64,000 bases of DNA, taken from contig NIVC01000299.1 of NCBI GenBank assembly GCA_002269645.1, positions 1 through 64,000 on the forward strand, written 5' to 3'. The DNA is from Macrostomum lignano. Taxonomy: Eukaryota. The position numbers and the translations under genes are program-made. The notes beneath the pieces are model-generated. The model searched no databases. It had not been told where the DNA came from and worked only from the letters and a program-made list of their open reading frames with translations. Within the stretch, counting starts at the first letter, position 1; every line of letters starts with the position of its first letter. This document shows, piece after piece, positions 15,655 through 25,179 of the stretch.

Positions 15655-15737
15655 CTGGCGCCCTTTGGTGCTGGCGCCCTTTGGTGCGTGCTGGCGCCCT
15701 TTGGTGCTGGCGCCCTTTGGTGCTGGTGCCCTTTGGT
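15655..15737. repeat. Short 16-bp tandem repeat (CTGGCGCCCTTTGGTG)x5, possibly part of a MITE
   Basis: Five near-identical copies read directly. Confidence 0.8.
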
Positions 15738-16379
15738 ATGCGACAAAAATTCGTTCCTTACAGGCCTCCAGCTGATTTCTAGAAAAATCGAATGTAGCGT
15801 TCTACTTTAGTTCTCCATGGGCGCAACAGTAAGCAGAGCTGCAATAAATTAATCATTAAAACTTTTGAAGCTAATTTCTTTCATAGTGGGACTCATTTAC
15901 AGCAGTAACTCGGTTACAATGTTACTGTAAGCTAAACACGTAAAGTGGCCAATAACCATGTAATGGCTACAGCTGTTGAGATTGCATGCGATGTTAGGTC
16001 AACCATCAACGAGAATCAATTCGGTTCAAACAATCGATGTTGATTTTTTCCTGTGCGGTTATTGCTTGGTTATGTCTACATGACTCGGCGCGGTCCTGAA
16101 GCAGTAAAATCCTCTGAAGTTGGCTTTCCATCTCAGAAGACGCCTTGGCGGCTATTGTTTGTGCAATCGTAGCTTTCAAGTAGAATTCAGCTGGCTATAC
16201 ATGTATGTGCCCTGTATAAAATGCCAACAATGTCAAAATTTTCTTGCCAAAATTACACGCACGTCACGTGCAAATTATATCCTTCCGTGATATTTGGCTA
16301 AGCAGCCCTCGGATTCTTTGTGATCGAAAAGCTGCGGTTTTCTTCTAATTTTTCTCTAATTCTGTTTCTGTGACTACTG

Positions 16380-17180
16380 CAAGGACGAATTAAGTAGAAG
16401 GACGGGAAACCTCGTTTCTTAGAAAATTTTAGAAGGCAATAAGTTCTCCCGAAAAAATACGCTACGGAGATAGGAAGTTTTCATTTTTCAGCACAAAAAT
16501 TGTTATGGCTTTTGATAGAAGGCCGATCCAGTGTTCATCTTTTAATATGTTGTGCCTTTCTTATTGCTCTATCGATATTCATAAAGCTTTTCGTTCAAAG
16601 AATTACGATTCTATGCGCACATACAAGATTTTCATTTTTAGTATATGGATTTCGTACAAGCAAGATTTTCATTTTTAGAATACTAGATGTGAATTGTTTA
16701 TTCTACGTGTCTTGTGTGCATGTGTCTTGTGCCTAAAAACTATTGAAATGGCACAGCTCGGCTCTTTGGTTCTATGAGTCTATTTTATCATTTTTACTGA
16801 CTAGTAAAACTGACTAGTAGCTGACTGTGTAACAAATATTTGTAACAGAGATGATAAAATAGATTCATAAAACTAAAGATTCGAGCTGTTTCATGCATTT
16901 TTATGATTTTTAAGTACAGGAAATGTACGTAGAATAAAATAATTAGCATAGAATCCTAATTTTCTGAAGAGAAAGCTCTATGAATATCGATAGAGCAATA
17001 AGAAAGGCACAACATATCAAAAAATTTAACACTGGGTCTGCCTCCTATCAAAAGCAATAGCAATTTTTGTGCTGAAAAATGAAAACTTCCTATCTCCGTA
17101 GTGTATTATTTCGGGAAAACTGCCTTCTAAAATTTTCTAAGAAACGAGGTTTCCCGTCCTTCTACTTAAAGTCGTCCTTG
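16380..17180. mobile_element. Palindromic non-autonomous hAT-type MITE (~800 bp)
   Basis: The left end CAAGGACGAATTAAGTAGAAGGACGGGAAACCTCG matches the reverse complement of the right end, and the arms stay similar for about 400 bp. An identical 8-bp flank GACTACTG lies at 16372-16379 and 17181-17188. An 8-bp TSD and CA start are typical of hAT. Confidence 0.9.
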
Positions 17181-20042
17181 GACTACTGTTGTCAGAAGTA
17201 GTCTAGACTTTGCTAGACGTCGTTGACTCCTTTGCAAAGAAAATAATGTCATTCCTTTAAATGCTAATATGCAGTAAAAAATAATTTCTGAATCAACTTC
17301 TGTATTTGTGTACAAATAAACAATAGAATTAAGTGTTAGTTTTGTTAACTTTTTAAATAAAATTTAACTTACTGTCGTATGTGAATTTTTCTGCGACTTT
17401 GTTTATCGATGATCTTTTACAATACTAATCTCGTACTGTCCATAATGGTATAGTATGTTGCTAGCTTAGCTAAAATAACTCTAAAAACAAGCAATTTATG
17501 GAACAAAACAAAATCAAGTTTTCTCCCAGTCAATCATTATTTAAATAAACGCTGCTAATTAGAAGTAGGCCCCATTTGGCATTTTTATAATTCGATTTAC
17601 TGTACAGGTACTGTAACTGTAACTAGATAGGCCCCTATGCCTAACCTAGAAATCGACTAAGATTAGCGATTAGGCTTATGAAATTTATAGGCCTTAATAT
17701 AATTTTTGTACATACTAGAATCATAGACCTAAGATTATAGGCTTGCAGTCTATAGTATAATAGGTGTAGTCCCTAGGCGGCTTGGCTAGGCCTAGTGTAG
17801 TCCTGGTCGTGGCGTGGTCTAGCCTCTAGGCCTATTTTTTTCAATGTTATGATATTAGCATGTATCTAGCTTAGCTTCCAGGCCTAGCAATCGCAGTCTA
17901 GGTCTTGGACTAGGTCAACTTGTAAGTTTCATGTTTTTGTCATGTAGTCCCTAATTTTTTCCATTTTTGCTAGGCCTAGGCCTACCTTAGGCCTTAGCCT
18001 TAGTTAGTTAGTAGGTCCCTAGGTCCCTTACTTAATAGGTTTCCATGCATTTTGGTGCCCGTGCTTTTTGGTGCCCATCATTTTGGTGCCCTAGCTTGCT
18101 TTTTGATGCCCAAATTAAACATTAGAATTGGACACAAAATATAGAGATTGAGCCCTAATTTTAGCTTAAATGCTTTGTCTTTGCAGTACTTATTTACTTT
18201 AAAAAATAAGGTATTATTCAATTATTTAAGCTGACCTACTGTTTTAATTCAAAAAATGGTTTTTGATTAGGCCTACTCGATTTGATTTACTTCTATGTTG
18301 CTACAGCTGTGCGTCTCAGCCGCGTCAAAATTTTAAACTAATGCCTCAAATGCACTTGTAATAAAATCCTATATTTTATGGTCTAATAGTTATGCCCAAA
18401 AAGATTTCAGTTAATTAAATAATATTCGCTTCATTTCCTAGGCAGTTTTATTAAATAAAACATGATCAGATGATTAAAAAATCAATACTAGGCCCTAACT
18501 GAAATACATCTAGACTTGTCACATTTCAAGTCACATTTAATTCAATTGGTAACCTGATTGCAGCGCATGGGCATTTTGGCGGACGGCGTCCGGCGCGGAT
18601 CTAATACGGCGCGGCGCGGCGCGTACGGCGCGCGGCGATTAGTACGGCGCGGCGCGGTACTAATTAGATGCCGAGGCATTTAGGCTTGATAAGACAGTCA
18701 TAGTTACTCCTGCCGTTTACCCAAAACTGCGTTAATTTTGCTTTAGGGTTTCTTTCACAGGTAAGTCATTTCACAGCGTGGCGCAGGTTGTGTAGGCGTC
18801 TGGCGTACTTAAGCCATGCGCTGCAATAGGGATTGGTAATCGTCCTATATGCTAGCTAACTAGGGCCTAGCCTAGTTGCTTTGGCATATTAGAGATATTT
18901 CAAAAGTGCATTTTCTATCAAAATTGAAATTTGCTATTTTTTCCAAAACAACTAAACTTATTATAATACTTTTTTATTTACTTTTGATTTATTGCTTGAT
19001 TTAATGATTTTTTGGCATTTATTTGTAACTATTCAATTTCTGTTTAGGTATGCATCTATTATAATCTAGACTATGGCATGTTATTAACAAAAACTTGTAA
19101 GTCTAAGTGAAATTTGCATTTAGGCACTAATCAAATCAAATCAAGTTATTAGAAAAAAGGTAAAATAAAGAGAGCAAAGGTAGCAAGGAAGTCATCTAAA
19201 CTATGCATATTTATGCAAGATAAAAATGCCTAGGTATAGAGCAGCTAATAGGGCAAACAATGGGGCAACTAGTGGAGCAAATTCCTAGGGTTGGAACAAC
19301 ATTTAGAAAAACAGCAAAATAACAAAGAAATAAATGAGAAAAAAATTAAAAACCATAATGGAAAAATAGGAGATAGATAAAAAAGGAACAGGGAGACCAA
19401 CAAAAAGGCTAGGCATGGAACTTGCTAAAGGGCACAATGATGGAACATTTTGTCATATGGGAGGTCATATATATCATTGATGTAAATTTCACGTGAATTA
19501 AAACCATATAAGTGGTATTTCACTCTAGTACAAATGTAAATTTTATTGTTAGATAACTAATAAACCTTAATATAGAAAAACCTATAAAAAGATACTTATA
19601 AAAATCAAATACCTTTTAAAATTTGCATTGTAAGGTTTAAAAACTTATGAAAAATGGTATGCAACTTTCTATGCCAAAATTGCTATGCAAAGATTCTATT
19701 CTGGCTTATAATACATTTAAATTGTTATTATTAATATTATAAAATATTAACAATATCAATAATAATTACTTACCTAATATAACAAAGAAAGATAAACATT
19801 TTTAATGATATTAACAACTGACAACAACTATTATTATAGTTCTACTAATGTTAAAATATAAGTGAATCTAATAATTTTCTTATATCTTACTGTTTGATCT
19901 TTAATAACCAATCTATTAAGTATCTATAATATAAATAATCAATAATTAACAAATTATTAATAACTTAATCATCCAATTAAACTAATGTTTTATTCAATTA
20001 AAGTTAAAATAAATAGTTTAAAGTATATTTAAAATTTCTAAA

Positions 20043-20397
20043 GGGGGCTGTAGCCTAGCAGTCTAGCGCAGGCTCTGGTATGCTAGCAACCCAGGCTCGA
20101 TTCCAAGTGCAGTCACAATAATTTGGGACTGAGTTTGAATCTTGGCTTGGCTCTGCTTGTGCAATTAATGGCCTTGAGAGCCAATCCCCAAGGCATAGTG
20201 AAGTGTATATGCCTAATAATAAAATAAAGTTAGGGTCACTGTACTCTCCTATATGAATGTGTGCCTGCATTCTGTGCGCTTGTATGCCTGCTCAGGTAAG
20301 TCAGTAGAATGGGCAGTAATGCCTCTCGCTGGTTGTATGTTGATATCGCTTAAAGTGCACCAGGGTGCACACAACCCCCTGCCTCTAATACAAAAAA
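20043..20397 (+). mobile_element. tRNA-derived SINE, copy A (heavily C>T/G>A mutated)
   Basis: Aligns end to end with 20633-20999; B-box-like GGCTCGATTCC; A-rich tail. Confidence 0.75.
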
Positions 20398-20632
20398 TAT
20401 TTAAAATTTGCTTGTTCTTATTGTATGTTTAAATCTTATATAATAGGTTGTTATATTTCTCTAAAATGTTGTGATAAATTTTTATATACATAAAAATAAT
20501 ATTGCATTATATCTCTTTATAAGATAAAAAGAGGCATATAAAATGACCATGCATCCTATAGACTAGGCCTATAGGTATCAATGTAGTTTTGTTTGTAAAA
20601 TTATTTTTATTTGAATGTATGTTAGCACAAAA

Positions 20633-20999
20633 GGGGGGCCGTAGCGCAGTGGTAGTGCAGTTGCTCTGGTGTGCCAGCGACCCAGGCTTGATTCCAAGTG
20701 CAGTCACATTAATTTGGGGCTGAATTGGAATCTCTGCTTGGCTCTGCTCGTGCAATTAACAGCCTTGAGAGCCAACCCCCTAAGGCGCAGTGAAGTGTAC
20801 ATGCCTAACGATAATATAAAGTTAGGGCCGCTGTACACTCCTGTGTGAGTGTGTGCCTGCGTACGTATCCGCGCGCTTGTATGCCTGCTCAGGGGAGTCG
20901 GCGGAATGGGCAGTAATGCCTCTCGCTGGTTGTGTGCCTATGTCGCTTAAAGTGCGCCAGGGTGCACACAACCCCCCTGCCTCTAAAAAAATAAAAAAA
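20633..20999 (+). mobile_element. tRNA-derived SINE, copy B (~365 bp)
   Basis: A-box TAGCGCAGTGG, B-box-like GGCTTGATTCC and A-rich tail. Probable TSD TGTTAGC(A/G)CAAA at 20620-20631 and 21001-21012 (11/12 match). Confidence 0.8.
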
Positions 21000-21023
21000 C
21001 TGTTAGCGCAAATGAATGTATGT

Positions 21024-21353
21024 TTGCTGAGCTGGTCCAGCACTCATGGGAGGGATTGCTGAGCTGGTCCAGCACTCATGGGAGGGATTGCTGAGCTGGT
21101 CCAGCACTCAGGGGAGGGATTGCTGAGCTGGTCCAGCACTCAGGGGAGGGATTGCTGAGCTGGTCCAGCACTCAGGGGAGGAATTGCTGAGCTGGTCCAG
21201 CACTCATGGGAGGGATTGCTGAGCTGGTCCAGCACTCAGGGGAGGGATTGCTGAGCTGGTCCAGCACTCAGGGGAGGGATTGCTGAGCTGGTCCAGCACT
21301 CATGGGAGGGATTGCTGAGCTGGTCCAGCACTCATGGGAGGGATTGCTGAGCT
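21024..21353. repeat. 32-bp minisatellite (TGCTGAGCTGGTCCAGCACTCATGGGAGGGAT)n, ~10 copies
   Basis: Units at 21025, 21057 and onward; internal hairpin GCTGG-T-CCAGC; no spacers. Confidence 0.95.
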
Positions 21354-21360
21354 CCATCAG

Positions 21361-22994
21361 CACTGCCAAAATTCTCAAAGCGAATCTCAAAAAAATTGCA
21401 GCGCCCCCGCGCCGCTCTGCACTCACAGCAGCAGCAGAAGCAGAAGACAAGACGGCAGCCAAAGTGTCTCTAACGCGCATCATCGAGGACGTGACGGGTC
21501 GCGGCGGCGCCGCAGTCGGCAACGGCGCCGGCGCGCCCGTCAGCGAGGATGACGCAGGGGGCGCCGCCTCCGACTTGGGGGCCGCCGACGCCGCCGACGC
21601 CGCAGCCGCAGCCCGGCCGCCGAAGCAGCGAAAGCCGATCGGCTTCGGCCGGCGCTCCCGCCGAGCACGCCGGGACCCGCAGGAGCCGCTGAACCCGCGC
21701 TCCGCCTACACCATCTTCGTGAAGGAGCGCATGGAGCAGCTGGGGTGCACATCCGGGACACGCCGGATCTGAAGCTGAAAGGCCGGGACCAGATCAAAGT
21801 GGTGGCCCAGCAGTGGCGGGATCTGTCAACGGAGGAGAAGGAGCGCTACTCGGAGCTGTACAAGAAAGCCATGGAGCAGTACGAGAAGGATCTGGCGGCT
21901 TACAAGCAAACCGATTCCTATCGCGCATTTCAGGTTGGTTCAGTGTATTTATGCGATAATCTGGCTCACTTTTACAAGCTGTTTACTGATAGTAGCACGG
22001 TAGGGGCAATGCTATTTAGCTGGCGAGGCAGTTACGTAGAAGTTACTCTGGCTATTTACCCGCAGCGAAAATTAGCTCTGTTCAAACAACATTTTTGATG
22101 AGAGTCTTCCAAATTCTTAGGTTGCTTTGCAATTTTTTTTCTCTGAAAAATAAATTCTAGGAGAAGCTGAAAGCGCAGACTGCAAAAGCCGCCCAGCAGC
22201 AGGCCGACAGGCCCTCCACCTCGGCCCCGACTGCCGCAAAGCAGTTGAAGAAGACCGCTAATCTGGGCGCGGCGGCGGCGGTCCCGTCCGCCGTTGTGAA
22301 GCAGCCCAAGCAGGAAGAAGTGCTGCAGCAGCAGCAGCAGCCTCAGCAGCTCCTGCATCAGCAACAGCCAATGATGATTGTTTCGCAACATCAGCAGCAG
22401 CAGCAATTTCTGCAGCCGATGCAGCTGCAGCAGCTGCCAGCGCAGTACCAGCTGCAGCAGCAGCAGCCGATTGTGCTGCCCATGATGGGCGGAGCCGCCG
22501 CCCCGGCTGTCAGCGGCGGTCCCGGCAGCCTGCTGCCCTGCCTGCCGCCCGGCACCATCGCTCTGCTGGCTGTGACGCCGCAGGGCGCGGTGCCCATATC
22601 GCTGTCAAGCCTGCAGGAGCTCGCGCAGCAGCATCAGCAGCGCCAGCTACAGCAGCAGCAGTTGCCGCAGCTCCAGCAGCTCCAGCAACAGCAGCAACAG
22701 CAACAGCAGGCGCGGCCAAACCTCGCCCAGTCGGCTGCCGAGCTGGCCGCAAACGTGCAGCAAGTGGCCCTGGCGATGAGCATCGAGACCTGCTCACCGG
22801 AGGAGGCGCACCAACAGCTGCGGGACCGGGTGCAGGCGGTGCAGGGCCTGTACCGGTCGCAGGGCCAGGCGCAGGCCTTCGTGCCGGAGCTGCAGCAGCA
22901 GATCGACCGGATTCTGCCGGCCATCAGCCACGTGAGGCAGGAGGTGCTGGGCAAACTGCAGGATATTATCAGAGAGCTCATCGCTCCGTTTTGA
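21361..22994 (+). CDS. HMG-box protein (HMG20/BRAF35-like) with polyQ region; 5' end unresolved
   Basis: HMG box RDPQEPLNPRSAYTIFVKERMEQL..QIKVVAQQWRDLSTEEKERYSELYKKAMEQYEKDLAAYKQTDSY. The frame breaks at the G4 run 21742-21745 and one extra G restores it. Exons ~21361-21933 and 22161-22994 (GT..AG, phase 0). No start codon found. Confidence 0.75.
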
Positions 22995-24293
22995 TTGCTT
23001 TGATATTTTATCTAGAGAAATTCTAAATGGCCTTTTGTTGTTTTTGGGGGGGGGGTTTAATTGCGTTTTTAATTGCTTCTCTGATCAGGTAAGAAGGCTC
23101 GGTTTTATCCTCCAAGGGGGAATATGGAAGTTTGACTTGCTTGTCACTTTTTTCTATTTAAATCTTGAGCTGAGCTGACCTGTTTAAGCCATCTGTGCGG
23201 TCTATCAATCAATGCTTACATAAATTATTATTTATGCTGTTGGCAATTGTCATTCATTTATTCACCTGAGCGGCTTAGCGACATCGTGAGTTTTTCTCTC
23301 TCTCAGAACTTTGGTGTGTTCCCCGATCCCTTCGAGGTGCTATGGCCCAATTTTTGTTTTTGATGATTGACCCGAATTGACCCGGGGTGAGGCGCGACAG
23401 CTCTGTCTGATGCCCCCCCATCTGCCAGGCTTCTGCTTTTCACCTGTTGATTGCTAATCTCTGCCGTCTTTTACTGTTTTCATTTTCTATTCTCTCCGGA
23501 TCGTGGCTCCGTTTATTAATTATTGATTATTTATATTCTGCAAATATTGCTGTCTATTCGCCTCTCACACTACTTGCGGCCTTGTCTTCTTAACTACTTG
23601 CGTCCTCTGCTTGACGAACCCCCCCCTGACATCCCGGCTACACCAATACAGATCATGCTGGGTTTCTGTTGATGAATTGATTCCCTCCTGCTGCTATCCG
23701 TGTTAATAATACTATTATTATTATTACTATTGTTAATATTACTCTTTGTTTTGCTGACTTTAACAGCCGCTTATTAGTTTACAGAGTTCGGGCACAGCCC
23801 TGCCAGTGCGTAATTCATCCGGCAGTTTTTTGTAGTTTTATGTGCAAATATTTGCTTATTTAGTACTAGCAGTAGTGCATCATCGTTTAAATTGACTGGC
23901 TGAACGCAACATTTTTTATCTTGAATATTTAGACTTTGCTTATTTAATATCTATGAATAATGACTCACTTATCTCTGCGTGTGCTCTCGGATCCGTCATT
24001 TTTCTGACTTTCGCGCTCCAGTCTCCATCTTTTCCTCATTTTTATTCTCTGTCTCTCTGTTTATATAACTGCTTGCGAAGTTTCTTTTAAAAATTAAGTG
24101 TTAAGCCGACAGTTTTTTGGCGTCAAAATTGTTCAAATTTACTTAGCGAATCAGCGAGGCACACCTGTACAAACAAATACAAGCATAGGTACATCCTACT
24201 CGTAGATGCACTGCTGTGTCTTACTTTATTGTGGAATCGGCTGCCCGCTTTCATTGTACGCGACTTCCTTATTTTTCGGATTCCAGATTAACC

Positions 24294-24830
24294 ATCCTGA
24301 TCCCCCAGCTCCCGATCCTGATCCCCCAGCTCCCGATCCTGATCCCCCAGCTCCCGATCCTGATCCCCCAGCTCCCGATCCTGATCTCTCAGCTCCCGAT
24401 CCTGATCCCCCAGCTCCCGATCCTGATCCCCCAGCTCCCGATCCTGATCCCCCAGCTCCCGATCCTGATCCCTCAGCTCCCGATCCTGATCCCCCAGCTC
24501 CCGATCCTGATCCCTCAGCTCCCGATCCTGATCCCCCAGCTCCCGATCCTGATCCCCCAGCTCCCGATCCTGATCCATCAGCTCCCGGTCCTGATCCCTG
24601 ATCCCTTAACTCCCGATCCTGATCCCTCAAGTCCCGATCCTGATCCCTCAGCTCCCGGTCCTGATCCCTGATCCCTTAACTCCCGATCCTGATCCCTCAA
24701 GTCCCGATCCTGATCCCTCAGCTCCCGGTCCTGATCCCTGATCCCTTAACTCCCGATCCTAATCCCTTAGCTACCGATCCTGATCTCTCAAGTCCCGATC
24801 CTGATCCCTGATCCCTCAGCTTCCGATCCC
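24294..24830. repeat. 21-bp minisatellite (CCTGATCCCCCAGCTCCCGAT)n degrading towards the 3' end
   Basis: Read directly; explains the PAPDPD, RDQDRE and GSGAG ORFs. Confidence 0.95.
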
Positions 24831-24860
24831 TCGGCTCACTATCCCTCAGCTCCCAGTCCT

Positions 24861-25020
24861 GATCCCTCAGCTGAGTCAGCTCCCAGTCCTGATCCCTCAG
24901 CTGAGTCAGCTCCCAGTCCTGATCCCTCAGCTGAGTCAGCTCCCAGTCTGAGTTTATTGACAGACTGGATAAAGCTGGGGAAGGTGTTGCTAAGTAAACT
25001 CGAGTAGCTGGCTTGAGTCA
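24861..25020. promoter_or_regulatory. Cluster of AP-1/MARE-like sites created by a 30-bp tandem repeat
   Basis: GCTGAGTCAGC occurs in three 30-bp units (TGAGTCA at 24872, 24902, 24932), plus a fourth TGAGTCA at 25014, all 160-310 bp upstream of ATG 25180. Function is inferred only. Confidence 0.35.
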
Positions 25021-25179
25021 CTCAGTTGAGCTCAATCCACTTGATTGGCTGAAAGCTTGAGAGCAGGGCCGCTGGCTGCGAATCCACGATGCGTCTCTGC
25101 AGTAGGAAAGAGATCGCTCTGTCTAATGGCATCAGCTCGGGGAGTTGCCGCTCACTTGCTGCTGCTCCAATCCGGAGTG

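Noticed and set aside
18040-19460. Possible decayed MITE bounded by TTTTGGTGCCC repeats and GGGCACAATGATGG
   Set aside because: Similarity between the ends is short, and no TSD could be identified in heavily mutated sequence.
19480-20040. Extremely AT-rich stretch considered as a mitochondrial insertion
   Set aside because: No recognisable mitochondrial protein, rRNA or tRNA motifs; better explained as decayed repeat sequence.
20633-20710. Possible tRNA gene
   Set aside because: A/B boxes are present but I could not fold a convincing cloverleaf, and the sequence continues into a ~290-bp repeated body with an A-tail, so it is a SINE head.
21024-21353. 32-bp palindromic repeat that could resemble a CRISPR direct repeat
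   Set aside because: Units are contiguous with no unique spacers, no cas genes are present, and the context is eukaryotic.
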